From Cenarchaeum sp. (GTDB lineage Archaea > Thermoproteota > Nitrososphaeria > Nitrososphaerales > Nitrosopumilaceae), in contig OZ243037.1 of assembly GCA_965212015.1 (NCBI GenBank), positions 832,001-896,000 on the forward strand: 64,000 nucleotides of DNA, in the 5' to 3' direction. Position numbers and translations under genes: made by a program. Below are positions 8,380 through 18,831 of this stretch, one piece after another. Under the pieces are notes generated by a model that was not told the DNA's origin, searched no databases, and was given only the letters and a program-made list of their open reading frames with translations. How positions within the stretch are numbered: the stretch's first letter is position 1; each line of letters begins with the position of its first letter.

Positions 8380-9843
8380 ATGGCCGCAAAAAAGGCGCCA
8401 AATAAAGTCACAAAAACTGCAAGGGCACCGACTCCGGCAGCACTGCTAAAAAAAGTGGCATCAGTGTCTGACTCGACAAAAATCCTGACAAGGGAGATAA
8501 AGTCAATGACCAAGATTTTCGCAGAAAACCAAAAGATACTCGTGTCCATGAAGTCCATGATCGACTCGCTTGCAGCAGCAACAGAGCAGGTCCAAAAGCA
8601 GTCAAAACAGATGAACATGCTAGAGGAGGACACCCAAAAGCTGTTCGTCGGCCTAAACCACGTAAGGAACCAGTCGGCAATGATCACCCAGATAAACGAT
8701 CAGTCCGCCCGGCTAGAGGAGCAGATCCGCAGAATTCAGAGGGAGGGACGCAGTGCCGATGCGCAAAAGCTCGCAGAAAAGGTATCAGACAGCATGGACT
8801 CGATCAGGAACAATTCACAGATGATAATAAAAATAGCACAAAGGGTAGACGAGGTAAGGGACAGCCTGAGAAAGGTGTCGGCCCGGACCGATGCCATGAC
8901 CGACGTGGGCTCAGAGCTGGACGGAATGAAAAAAGAGTTCAGGGCAATGGCGGAGAAGGCCAAGGCCGGCTCTGAGGCCGACACGGCGTTTCTAAGGGCG
9001 GAGATTCAAAAGCTGAGCCAAAAGACAGAGTCGGCATCGGGCATCGCCTCAGAGATGTCAGGCATCCGGGAGCAGATAGGCGAGATATCTGCCAGGGCCG
9101 AAAAGATGGACTCGCTAGGAGGCATAATCGACGGCCTAAAGCAGCAGTTTGACACCATAGCGGCCAAGGCCGAGTCAGTCTCCGGCGTGGCAGCAAAGCT
9201 GCACGGCGTACAGTCCGAGATGAACTCGCTTGCAAAGTCCAGCGCCGCCGTAGGCGGCAGGCTAGAGTCAGTGGAGAGGGACATGGCAGAGTTCAAGGAC
9301 GGCGTGCTTGGCAGGACCGACAGCATTGAGCAGAAAATCTCGTCACTCACCGACATGGCAAGGAGATCGGATGCTGCCGCATCAGAGTTCCACAAAAAGA
9401 CCGACGCCGTGTTCCAGGAGATCCGGGAGATCAGGCATGACGCAGGCAAGACGGCAGGCGACTCCTCAATGGAGATCATGGCGCTTCTCAAGCTGTCCGA
9501 GTACCAGTCAAGCATGAGAATGAGCGCAGAGTCAAAATACGGCCAGGCAAAGGATCTGGAAAAGATGGCGGGGCAGACCATGCAGATCGTAAACCTGTTT
9601 GACGGAATATCGGTGCAGGCCCGGGAAAAGATCCCGCTGCCGCACGAGGTAAGGCAGTGGGCAGTATCGAAGATACTGGACTGCGCAGACAGGTGGGAGG
9701 TAAGATTCTCAGACGTGCTGAACATACTGATCGGGGGCCTGGGCCGGGATCTGCTAAAGGAGGCCGTCAGAATCAGGCAGGTAAGGGACATTTACGGGAT
9801 AAGGGCAGTAGACGAGATCAGAGGCGAGCTCAACATTTCCTAG
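8380..9843 (+). CDS. Long coiled-coil protein (often labelled chemotaxis-like)
   Basis: Heptad-rich central region with a globular C-terminus (PHEVRQWAVSKILDCADRWE); no TM segment or MCP hairpin motif seen. Confidence 0.8.
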   Translation: MAAKKAPNKVTKTARAPTPAALLKKVASVSDSTKILTREIKSMTKIFAENQKILVSMKSMIDSLAAATEQVQKQSKQMNMLEEDTQKLFVGLNHVRNQSAMITQINDQSARLEEQIRRIQREGRSADAQKLAEKVSDSMDSIRNNSQMIIKIAQRVDEVRDSLRKVSARTDAMTDVGSELDGMKKEFRAMAEKAKAGSEADTAFLRAEIQKLSQKTESASGIASEMSGIREQIGEISARAEKMDSLGGIIDGLKQQFDTIAAKAESVSGVAAKLHGVQSEMNSLAKSSAAVGGRLESVERDMAEFKDGVLGRTDSIEQKISSLTDMARRSDAAASEFHKKTDAVFQEIREIRHDAGKTAGDSSMEIMALLKLSEYQSSMRMSAESKYGQAKDLEKMAGQTMQIVNLFDGISVQAREKIPLPHEVRQWAVSKILDCADRWEVRFSDVLNILIGGLGRDLLKEAVRIRQVRDIYGIRAVDEIRGELNIS

Positions 9844-11852
9844 ACGCTGTCCAGGCTTGCAAGCTGATCCTTTTTCTGCTTGAGGACCGCAAAGATTCCT
9901 ATTATTGCCGCCATCCACAGCGAGCTGAACAGAATGTTGGCCGGGCTGACATACGCATACGGCGTCGCATCCATGACGCTTATTCTCATCTCCTTTGCGG
10001 CCTCTTTTATGTTGAGCATGCCGGTCTGATAGGCAGAGCTGTCCACAGGCGAGCCGGATATTCCGAGCGCCGTGTCGGACATTTCGTCGAGCTTTGCCTG
10101 CATGAGCCCAAAGTCAGTATCGGGGGTCTGGAATATCCACACCGGGTTTCCCTCCTCTGGCAGGTACGCCTTTGTGTCCTGGACTGTGTCGATGACAGAA
10201 AGCGGTTCTGTCGAGCGCGCAATCTCGGTGAGGTGCCCCCTTGCCAGGTCGAGCGGATAAATGTCGTTGCCGTACCCCACAAAGGCCATATAGACGCCAA
10301 ACACGATTATCACCGCTATTCCGGTCATTGCTATCTTGTAGACGTGTTTTGCCATCCTCTCTTCCCTGCCAATGGCCATGTTTTCACTTGATTTATTTCT
10401 TTTAAATCTCGAGTGCGACAGGCTGAGGTAGGCGATAAAGAAATAGCCCACAGTCTGCAGCCCGATTATCGGCGCGAAAAACACATTGTTTGAGAATATC
10501 GCGATGAATATTCCCAGCACCCCGTATACCCCGAAAAAGATCTCAAGCAGCGTGGTCTTTGTAAACGGAAGATTGTACGCCTTGTCCTTCCAGCCGTCGG
10601 TGTTTTTTACAATGCCGTACTTTGGGGTGCGCAAAAACTCGTTCTTTTTTCCTATTACGGCGTCAAAGACGGCCACCGTGTTGTTCACGGACATTCCAAA
10701 GCTGTACACGAGAAGCGACGGCAGGACGGCGGCCTTTAGCTTCCACGAGTTGCGGTACATCTTTTGCATTATCAAAAGGTACGCCCCGGGACCCATGGCA
10801 AGATACGCCAGTATGGTCAGCGCCGGAAGAAAGCTCACAAGGTACAAGTTGACATTCGACGCCAGGAGAATCGGCAGCGTCAGGAACTGGATTAGCATGA
10901 GCGGAAAGACGATGTGGCGCGTAAGCTGTATGAACGCCTGCACCTTTGCCTCTACGGCGATGGTGCGCTTTATGGCGATGCCGGTGAGCAGCTTGAGGGC
11001 GCACTGGATGGAGCCCTTGGCCCAGCGAAACTGCTGCCTTTTTGCTGCGTTCATCTGTACTGGCAGCTCGGCGTCAATTACAATGTCCGGAAGGAACAGG
11101 CACTTCCAGCCCCTCATCTGCGCCCGGTAGCTCAGATCAAGGTCCTCTACCAGCGTGGCGGTGTGCCATCCGCCCGCATCCTCGATGCACTCCCTGCGCC
11201 ATATTCCCGCAGTCCCGTTAAAGTTCATGAAAAGGTGAGAGTTGCTCTTTGCTGTCTGCTCCACCAGAAAGTGAAAGTCTAGGCTGAGCGCCTGCGCCCT
11301 TGTGACGGCAGAATAGTTCTCGTTTATGTGCCCCCACCTGCACTGCACCAGGCCGATGTTGGACTTTGCGAAATACGGAATCGCCCTCTGCAGGAACCAC
11401 CTTGGCGGGACAAAGTCGGCATCAAAGATGACCACGTATTCCGTGCTAGTCGACTTCATTGCGTGCTTTAGCGCGCCTGCCTTGTATCCGGTACGGGTTC
11501 CGCGCCGTATGTGCTCGATGAAAAACCCCTTTTTCTTATAATCGTCCACCAGGTTTTCCACCAGATCGACTGTGTCGTCATCAGAGTCGTCTAGCACCAT
11601 GATTCTCATCTTTTCCTTGGGATAGTCCATGTCGCATACTGCGTCAATCAGCCTGCAGGCCACGTATTTTTCGTTGTAAATGGGGAGCTGGACTGTCACC
11701 GACGAACCGCCGGCCGTCACCGTGCTGTGCTTTTCCTTTCTGGACGCAGAGAGAAGCGCCAGATAGTAAAAGTTGCAGGTATACAGGGTGATCAGGACTG
11801 CCGATGTTATAAAGAGATTAAAGATCATCTGCGTAAAGGGGTTTACGTCCAT
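9840..11852 (-). CDS. Membrane GT2 glycosyltransferase (cellulose-synthase-like)
   Basis: QLPIYNE, DDSDD, KAGAL, FDADF, EDLDL and QQFRW (QxxRW) motifs plus TM helices. Confidence 0.95.
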   Translation of the reverse strand: MDVNPFTQMIFNLFITSAVLITLYTCNFYYLALLSASRKEKHSTVTAGGSSVTVQLPIYNEKYVACRLIDAVCDMDYPKEKMRIMVLDDSDDDTVDLVENLVDDYKKKGFFIEHIRRGTRTGYKAGALKHAMKSTSTEYVVIFDADFVPPRWFLQRAIPYFAKSNIGLVQCRWGHINENYSAVTRAQALSLDFHFLVEQTAKSNSHLFMNFNGTAGIWRRECIEDAGGWHTATLVEDLDLSYRAQMRGWKCLFLPDIVIDAELPVQMNAAKRQQFRWAKGSIQCALKLLTGIAIKRTIAVEAKVQAFIQLTRHIVFPLMLIQFLTLPILLASNVNLYLVSFLPALTILAYLAMGPGAYLLIMQKMYRNSWKLKAAVLPSLLVYSFGMSVNNTVAVFDAVIGKKNEFLRTPKYGIVKNTDGWKDKAYNLPFTKTTLLEIFFGVYGVLGIFIAIFSNNVFFAPIIGLQTVGYFFIAYLSLSHSRFKRNKSSENMAIGREERMAKHVYKIAMTGIAVIIVFGVYMAFVGYGNDIYPLDLARGHLTEIARSTEPLSVIDTVQDTKAYLPEEGNPVWIFQTPDTDFGLMQAKLDEMSDTALGISGSPVDSSAYQTGMLNIKEAAKEMRISVMDATPYAYVSPANILFSSLWMAAIIGIFAVLKQKKDQLASLDSV

Positions 11853-12107
11853 CCGTATTATGGGCGGGCAGTCGATATTTATATTTGTGATATGCGGCGC
11901 CTCGATTCGAGGAGCGTCTCGTGCCGGCCGGGAATCCCCGGGATTCGCCGATGCCGGACGCCCATAATGAACATGGGGCCCACCTTCCAATTACAGTAAA
12001 CCCTGATCATGCCGCCTATAGTCGGCCAGTGCCCGTACGTGTACTGCCGCATCCTCCCACAGATACAAGATAAATACGCCAGATCCGTGGTTTTTTCATT
12101 GAATGGA

Positions 12108-13337
12108 ATGATTTATGTGATAATAGGCGTCATCGCTGCGGCCTCGGCGGGACTCTTTTTGCTACAGTCCGGCGATTCCGGACCGGCAGACGACGAAACT
12201 GCGGGTGGCATTCCAGGCGTGGTGAATATCGGCATGCTGCTTCCGGCCACCGGCGACATTGCAAGCCACGGCGAGGACAGCATCATTGCATCAAGGCTGG
12301 GAGTCGAGGACTTTAACGCGTATCTGAGGGATGCAGGCGAGACGTGGCAGATGAACCTCGTCGGCGAGGACACGCAGACTGACCCGATAATCGCGCTAGA
12401 AAAGATCCAGTCCCTGAACTCCAAGGGAATAAAGCTGATCCTGGGCACGGAGACTAGCGCGGAGCTAATCAACGTAAAGTCGTACGCAGACTCTAATGAC
12501 ATGCTGCTAATCTCGCCGTCCTCGACTACGCCAAAGCTTGCAATACGGGACAACATATTCCGCCTGGTTCCAGACGACACGATACAGAGCCGCGTGATTG
12601 CACAGCTGCTAGAGCATGACGGCATCAGGGTGCTCGTGCCGGTATACCGGGGCGACGTGTGGGGCGACGGCCTGTACGAGTCTGCGCGGGAATCCTTTGA
12701 GGGGCTTGGCGGGACAGTCGACGACGGCATCAGGTACAACCCCGAGGTTGCCGTATTCTCTACTGAGGCCTCCCTGCTCTCGGGAATAGTCGACGGGTAC
12801 CTGGAGGAGTATTCTGCCGGCGAGGTCGCAGTGCTGGCAATCGGGTTCTCCGAGATGGTCCACCTCCTGAACTCTGCGGACCCTTACGATACGCTGCACA
12901 AAGTAGGATGGTACGGCTCGACCGGATCCGCAAACGATGACGCGATAACTAGAGACCGCATCGCATCGGGGTTTGCCTCCGATGTCACGTTTGTCGCAGG
13001 ACAGTTTTCGGCATCAAAGAGCGAGACGTACGAGCGAGTGCGCAGCCACCTGATAGACGCAATAGGCTCGCCCCCAAACACATACGCCTATTCCTCCTAC
13101 GACTCTGTGTGGCTGCTGGGCCTCTCCATACTTGAAAAACAAACGCTTGATGCGGACATACTTGCAGACGCCATTCCGGGGACCGCACAAAAATACGCCG
13201 GCGCGATAGGCGCCATCGAGCTCAACGAGTACGGCGACTTGGCAATCTCGGACTATGAGCTCTTTACGGTATCGGACGGCAGGTGGGTGACGTACGGGTA
13301 TTATGACTCGTCCTCAAACTCTATCACCGTGCGCTGA
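12108..13337 (+). CDS. ABC-type branched-chain amino-acid-like substrate-binding protein
   Basis: N-terminal TM anchor; IGMLLPATG, ISPSSTTP, FRLVPDD, YDSVW; start uncertain (12009-12108). Confidence 0.88.
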   Translation: MIYVIIGVIAAASAGLFLLQSGDSGPADDETAGGIPGVVNIGMLLPATGDIASHGEDSIIASRLGVEDFNAYLRDAGETWQMNLVGEDTQTDPIIALEKIQSLNSKGIKLILGTETSAELINVKSYADSNDMLLISPSSTTPKLAIRDNIFRLVPDDTIQSRVIAQLLEHDGIRVLVPVYRGDVWGDGLYESARESFEGLGGTVDDGIRYNPEVAVFSTEASLLSGIVDGYLEEYSAGEVAVLAIGFSEMVHLLNSADPYDTLHKVGWYGSTGSANDDAITRDRIASGFASDVTFVAGQFSASKSETYERVRSHLIDAIGSPPNTYAYSSYDSVWLLGLSILEKQTLDADILADAIPGTAQKYAGAIGAIELNEYGDLAISDYELFTVSDGRWVTYGYYDSSSNSITVR

Positions 13338-13358
13338 GCTGCAAAATACACGCGGCAG

Positions 13359-14315
13359 TTATTTCTGCTCGAATATCTTTATGGCCTTTGGCGGGCATAC
13401 GCCCTCGCATGCAAGGCAAAAGATACAGTCCGGCTCCTTTGACATTAGCGGCTTTTTGCCGGACCCCGAGTTTCCCGGCGTGTCAAAGAACTCGTATACG
13501 CTGACGGGGCACGCCTCTATGCACCCGCCGTCTGCCACGCATATGTCATAGTCGACTGAGACAAACTCGCCCCAGACGCCCATCACCTTGTTGTCTGCCC
13601 CCTTTCTTCCCCACGTCTTGATTGTGTGCTCTGGTGCGGAATACGGGGACGATGCGGGTATCTTGGACTTGAATTCAACGTCAATCGGGCCGGGCTTTGC
13701 GCCGTCAATGTTCCACGTCACCGGGACGTCGGCTACGCCTGCGGCCTCTTCTGCCGGCTCGATGGCCTTTATCTTTGGCTTTGCGTCAGGTACGATCTTT
13801 GCAAGCGGGGTCATTGCCTCGAGCTGCTCGATGGCCCCAATCTCTGAGATTTTGTCCTTGTCTACATAGTGCTTGATTAGCTTGTCAGATAGTATCGTAT
13901 TGCGCAGCATTGTGTCGATTATCATCTTTGCATAGTGATCGGCCTTTTTTCGATAGTCGCGCACCCACTGCGGGTCGCCGAACTTTTCTATCGGAAATAT
14001 CTGGTATATCACGTCGATTACCTCGCCTGTGACGATCTCGACTGTGACGCACAGCTCGACTTGCTTGTACCCCTTGGCGTCGGGATTCTCGGAGCTCTGC
14101 TCGGTCCACCTGTAGGTGGCGTATATCCTGTCGGCATACATGTCCATCTCGAAGGTCTTTTTCATGCCGTCATGGATTGACTTTATCTCGTCGGGATCCT
14201 CTAGCGTGATGGGCAGGCGGTACAGTCCGAGCTTGTAGCCGTGCAGCGGATAAACCCCCCTTTTTGCGGTGGGCGCCTCCATCGAGTATACGCGATCCTT
14301 GAGCAAGAGGGACAT
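13359..14315 (-). CDS. Dicluster ferredoxin with a long N-terminal extension
   Basis: C-terminal CVADGGCIEACP and CIFCLACEGVCP motifs (Zfx-like). Confidence 0.88.
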   Translation of the reverse strand: MSLLLKDRVYSMEAPTAKRGVYPLHGYKLGLYRLPITLEDPDEIKSIHDGMKKTFEMDMYADRIYATYRWTEQSSENPDAKGYKQVELCVTVEIVTGEVIDVIYQIFPIEKFGDPQWVRDYRKKADHYAKMIIDTMLRNTILSDKLIKHYVDKDKISEIGAIEQLEAMTPLAKIVPDAKPKIKAIEPAEEAAGVADVPVTWNIDGAKPGPIDVEFKSKIPASSPYSAPEHTIKTWGRKGADNKVMGVWGEFVSVDYDICVADGGCIEACPVSVYEFFDTPGNSGSGKKPLMSKEPDCIFCLACEGVCPPKAIKIFEQK

Positions 14316-14426
14316 CTGTCTATAATTGATGACGATTGTTTAAAAACCTATCCAGCCATAGGCGCATGCGTCTTGTCCAAAAAATAGCTCACCCCCCGTC
14401 TGGCACCGCGGCACCCAAGACCACCA

Positions 14427-16922
14427 TCACACTATTGGCCTGTTTCCGGCGTGATCCACCAGCACGGTATTCTCCCCGCCGGCAATCCTTGCAAACACCT
14501 CGATTGCAGAGGCTTTGTGCAGAAACTCGTTGTTGTTGCCGCACCTGTACGAAAACGTGCACCGCGGGCATCCTGCCTCGCCCCTGCAGGGGCACTCGCG
14601 TACGATGGACAGGCTGCGCCCTATGGCATTCTCAAACCTGTCATAGAGCGCCTTGCTTGCCCCGCTTCCCCCGATGGCCCCGTCATAGACGAATATCACG
14701 CCGGATGTTCCCATGGATATTCCCCCCAAATCCTGCGAGACTCCGCCCGTTATCATGTTGCTTCCCTCGATTACGACGTGTTCTGCCGCATGATAGCCGC
14801 TTGCCTCCACATACTCTGCGTCCTTTGAGCGCAGCATCTCGTCGGCGGGCTGCGGCGCGTGAAACACCAGCCCCTTTGTTACAAAGTCGTACTCTAGCGG
14901 CAGCTCCAGCGAAACCCTGCTTCCCTGTGCTGCCTCCTGGCCCAGGGCTATGTTGGCATAGCCGTGGACGCTTTTCCTGATGTGCAGCCTGCAAAATGCC
15001 AGCTCCACCCCAAAGGCGGTCCTTTGCTCGATTACCTGCTCTATTGTGGGCCATTCCTCAGTCAGCGCCTTGGTATAGTACGGATAGTCCCGCGGAATCC
15101 TGCTCAGATGCGCGCGAAGGCCAGGATAGTCGAGCTCCTTTACCCTGTACCTAGAGCCGGCAAGAAAATAAATCGCATCCTTGTGCAGCTCTTCTAGTGC
15201 GATGGGCAGTATCCTTTCCCCAACCTTTTTTCTGTCAAGAAAGATATCCACGGAATTTCCGATTCCCCTTATGCTATAGTCCCTCAAAAGCGCACCCGCC
15301 CGAATTAGATCCGGCACGTACCTGCCCTGCCGCAGAACAAGGTTTCCGTCGCTTACGTGCTTTTGTATCGCCGTATCGTGCACGCCAAGCTCGCCGCGCG
15401 GTATGGGCGCGTCGCACGCCATTGCCAGCACCTGGAATTCCTCAACAAACGGGTTTTTCGGATCAATGTAAATTTTTTCTGTGTCCTCGAAATAGTCGTC
15501 CGGATGGTTCTTGTAGTACTGAGAGATTGGATCGTTTCCAAGCGCCAAAAACGCATACCCTTTCTGTCCCTTTCTTGAGGCCCGTCCCATCCTCTGCACC
15601 AGCCGGGTCACCGGAACAATCGACGATATGACGCCGTCCACCCCGCCGATGTCCATTCCCAGCTCAAGGGTCGGCGTGCAGGATATGGCGTCGATTGCAC
15701 CCTCCTTGAAGGCCCTCTCCACCGACCTGCGATAGGCCGCAGTCAGGCCCGCCCTGTGGACCCTTACCCTTATGCCGCGCTTTCTTGCCTGCATGGAGAA
15801 CAGCTCAGAGTTGAGGTGTGAATTGCTAAACACCATTGTCTTGTGCCCGCCGGCTGTGAGCTTTTTTGCAAGATCCACCATCAGCGCCCTCTGCGTTCGC
15901 AGCGACGGAAACAGCATCACAAAGTCAGTCTCGCTCTTTTTTCCAGAGCCGGAGACTAGCTCCATCTCGCAGCCAAAGAGCTCCTCGCAGAATTCTTTTG
16001 CGTTATCCAGCGTGGCAGAGGATGCGACAAACCGGATCCTCCTTGCGATGCGCTTTAGGCGTTTTATTATATAGAACACGTTGGAGCCGAATATTCCGGA
16101 ATACACGTGCGTCTCGTCGACTATGAGGAACCTTGTCCTGCCCAGCAGCGATGCGAACCTTGTCCTGTGCCAGAGGTGATAGTGCAGTATGTCAAAGTTG
16201 GTAATCAGTATTTGCGGCGGATCATCCAGTATTTTCTGCCGGTCGGCCTGTCCCGTGTCCCCGTCAAAGACGCCTGCGTCCATGCCGAGCTTTTCTGCCA
16301 TGGCGGCAATCTTTGGATGCTGATCACGCGCCAGTGACTTTGTGGGATAGACAAACAGGGCCGTCGCCCCGGCGTCTTTTTTGAGCAGGTGTATCACGGG
16401 CAGGACAAACGCCTCTGTCTTGCCTGACGCAGTGGGCGCCTCGATTACCACGTTGCCGCCGCGCGTTATCGCCTCGATTGCGTCCTGCTGGAACTTGTAC
16501 AGCCTCGAGATTCCCGACTCTTGCAGGTGCAGGATAATCCTGCCGTCCAGGCCGGAATCGGACACTGCGCACCCCATCTCCGGCTCTGATCTTTTGATTT
16601 TTTTATAGTACGAGACATAGTCCATCTTTGAGAGCATGACCTGCCTGGTTATGGGATCGACTCTGCGCCCCGCCATCTTTGTTATCTCCGAGGCGTCCCG
16701 GATTATCCCCTCGTCTTTGAGGCCGCGCGCCATCTCTGCCCTGTCAGGTATCTTGCCTCCGTCATGACGGCACAAAAACTCCAGATACGCCTCGTCGTGG
16801 TTTTTTGTGAAATCAAGCAGATCCTCCATGCCGCACGAGGGGCAGGACACCAGTATCTTTCTGCTGAACGTCCTTTGGATGTCCAGCGCGGACTTGCAGC
16901 GCGGGCAGGGGTATTTTTGCAA
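14427..16922 (-). CDS. DEAD/DEAH helicase with DUF1998 C-terminus (Hrq1/YprA/MrfA-like)
   Basis: APTASGKT, DETH, SAT, QRMGRASR; C-terminal CPC..GCPRC..C; N-terminal zinc ribbon. Confidence 0.93.
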   Translation of the reverse strand: MQKYPCPRCKSALDIQRTFSRKILVSCPSCGMEDLLDFTKNHDEAYLEFLCRHDGGKIPDRAEMARGLKDEGIIRDASEITKMAGRRVDPITRQVMLSKMDYVSYYKKIKRSEPEMGCAVSDSGLDGRIILHLQESGISRLYKFQQDAIEAITRGGNVVIEAPTASGKTEAFVLPVIHLLKKDAGATALFVYPTKSLARDQHPKIAAMAEKLGMDAGVFDGDTGQADRQKILDDPPQILITNFDILHYHLWHRTRFASLLGRTRFLIVDETHVYSGIFGSNVFYIIKRLKRIARRIRFVASSATLDNAKEFCEELFGCEMELVSGSGKKSETDFVMLFPSLRTQRALMVDLAKKLTAGGHKTMVFSNSHLNSELFSMQARKRGIRVRVHRAGLTAAYRRSVERAFKEGAIDAISCTPTLELGMDIGGVDGVISSIVPVTRLVQRMGRASRKGQKGYAFLALGNDPISQYYKNHPDDYFEDTEKIYIDPKNPFVEEFQVLAMACDAPIPRGELGVHDTAIQKHVSDGNLVLRQGRYVPDLIRAGALLRDYSIRGIGNSVDIFLDRKKVGERILPIALEELHKDAIYFLAGSRYRVKELDYPGLRAHLSRIPRDYPYYTKALTEEWPTIEQVIEQRTAFGVELAFCRLHIRKSVHGYANIALGQEAAQGSRVSLELPLEYDFVTKGLVFHAPQPADEMLRSKDAEYVEASGYHAAEHVVIEGSNMITGGVSQDLGGISMGTSGVIFVYDGAIGGSGASKALYDRFENAIGRSLSIVRECPCRGEAGCPRCTFSYRCGNNNEFLHKASAIEVFARIAGGENTVLVDHAGNRPIV

Positions 16923-17149
16923 CCATTACCGTATGCGGGATTCCTGATTTATTGCTTGGTTTGCGGTGCGCCGTACGACTAGCCCCCCTGCAACGCAGTT
17001 AATTGTCGTCAGTTTATGTTTTTTCCAGCATGGATGAAATCCGGAAGCGTGTGCTTTGTGGTGGTGTTTCGCAGGACATGCGGGAAGGTTGACGGATCTG
17101 AAAAAATGTCAAACTTTTATGCGCATCCTGGCAGCCCAATTGCAACAAG

Positions 17150-17427
17150 GCATGAAAGACGGCCCCGCCTGCGAACAGATTCAAAAAAATCCCAGAGACA
17201 AGAAGTAAATATACGACGAGAGAATTTTTAGTTAGGGAAATTTTCGGATCACATATCTTCCAAAAGTCATTCCGCAGCTAAACGTAGCAGAATATTGCTG
17301 GAATCAAACAAAATGTGTCATGGAGGTCTTGGAGTTTTATCCCACAGCGAAGGCTATAAAGAAAAGCAACTTCGAATATTTAAGGACTGCAAGTTTTCAG
17401 TTGGAAATTTTTGTCTGTTGTCCATAA
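17150..17427 (+). pseudogene. Degenerate IS630-family transposase, C-terminal fragment
   Basis: Manual translation FRITYLPKVIPQLNVAEYCWNQTK...EFYPT...EYLRTASFQLEI resembles the IS630 YLPxxSPxLNxxExxWxxxK motif; no intact ORF. Confidence 0.6.
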
Positions 17428-17530
17428 ATTCTATTGTCTCTTCTTGGTTATAATTACTCGATACTGTATCAGATATATTATCTGGAGAAGATAATCTTCG
17501 ATCTAAAACTAGATCTTTAGACGGTTAAAT

Positions 17531-18061
17531 TTAAGATTTTTTGCGTGTGGTTATGTCTAGGATAAAAAGATCTTTTTTCGGATCCTCGACAATCTTTCCA
17601 ATGTATTCAAATCCGTATTTTGCATAAAATTGTTTAACTCCATCATCATCTTCTGGATGAAGTATTAGATACCGGCATCCAGTGTATCGTGACATAGATT
17701 TTGCCATGTCTAATGCTATATCGATAAGCGCGGTTCCAACTCCGTGTCTTAAAAATTTCCTGTCTGTTGCCAAATGACTGATTAACAAGGCAGGTATGTT
17801 TCCATCAGTGCCCTTTTCCATCATCGCATCCTTGTTTTCCTTACGAATGTGTGCCATCGCAATAGAGAAATATCCCAATACCTTCTTCTCAAGCTTTAAC
17901 AGATATGTCTGTGCAAGGTTTTCTTGAGCATCATACAAGGCATCGTACTGATAATATTTTACATAATCTGGATTCGTACAATCAAATGTCATGTCCAAAT
18001 TATTATCCATCGCATCGGATGGTTTTAACAGCATAATTTGGGTCTTTGTAAAATCAATCAA
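17531..18061 (-). CDS. GNAT acetyltransferase, putative TA toxin (TacT/AtaT-like)
   Basis: FDC, VLGYFSI, IPALLISHLATD, RHGVGTAL, GCRYLIL, FYAKYGF; AT-rich. Confidence 0.85.
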   Translation of the reverse strand: MIDFTKTQIMLLKPSDAMDNNLDMTFDCTNPDYVKYYQYDALYDAQENLAQTYLLKLEKKVLGYFSIAMAHIRKENKDAMMEKGTDGNIPALLISHLATDRKFLRHGVGTALIDIALDMAKSMSRYTGCRYLILHPEDDDGVKQFYAKYGFEYIGKIVEDPKKDLFILDITTRKKS

Positions 18062-18213
18062 GATATAGGATCATAATTTTTTGGTATCTTTTTGGCACGC
18101 TCCAGTGCCTCCTCTACCACCTTTATGGATTTATCAGTCGGGCCTTCTTTGAACATTTTTTGCACCTTGGCCCATTGATAATCATCTAACGGAGCGACAT
18201 CTCTTAACACCAT
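18058..18213 (-). CDS. Putative antitoxin (51 aa)
   Basis: MVLRDVAPLDDYQWAKVQKMFKEGPTDKSIKVVEEALERAKKIPKNYDPIS; its TGA overlaps the toxin TTG (TTGA); TTTATA box upstream. Confidence 0.65.
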   Translation of the reverse strand: MVLRDVAPLDDYQWAKVQKMFKEGPTDKSIKVVEEALERAKKIPKNYDPIS

Positions 18214-18539
18214 GTTGTAAGATGGAATAACCCCTATAAAAAATATTACTTGTATGTTCTGGCAAGTTGTCTGAGTCTAGGCGTGATCGTATGATTTAAA
18301 ATCAAACTCGGTCAGAAATTCCGTCATGGCACACAGAGATTCCACTCGATCGCCATTGCCCGAATCCCTTCGGATTTGCAATCTTTTCAAACCTACAGTC
18401 CAGATAGCCCTGAAAAAACCCAAAAGCGATCAGGCAGCCAAATTCGTGTTCGAGTTCACGCATGAAATTTCACTAAAAACCAGCCAATCCCGCTAGAGCT
18501 GCATGCAATGCTATAGTTGGCATCGGTACTGGCAGAAAC

Positions 18540-18693
18540 TCATCCTTGGCACGTGTGTTGTCCTTTGTGCCGCACGGAATGTTGCACGGCAGACAAGATG
18601 CCCAGATTTTCCCGATACACGTGAAACCATACAACTGCGAATCCGTGCGCCACGCTCGGAGCAGGGTATTTCTATGCCGGTCATGGGTTTCAA
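18540..18693 (-). pseudogene. Possible decayed IS1-like zinc-ribbon fragment
   Basis: Two frames join to give IPCSERG / TDSQLYGFTCIGKIWASCLPCN (CxxC..G...GK...CxxC-like). Confidence 0.25.
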
Positions 18694-18831
18694 TATTACG
18701 CAGATCCAAACGACGACAAAAAATCAGACGCATTTATGACGGATCTAAAGCTGGGAAACAAGCCAGACCACGCGTGACATTTTTTCCGAATTCAATCTGT
18801 ACGTGGACTGTATTTTTCACCGGGTATTCTC

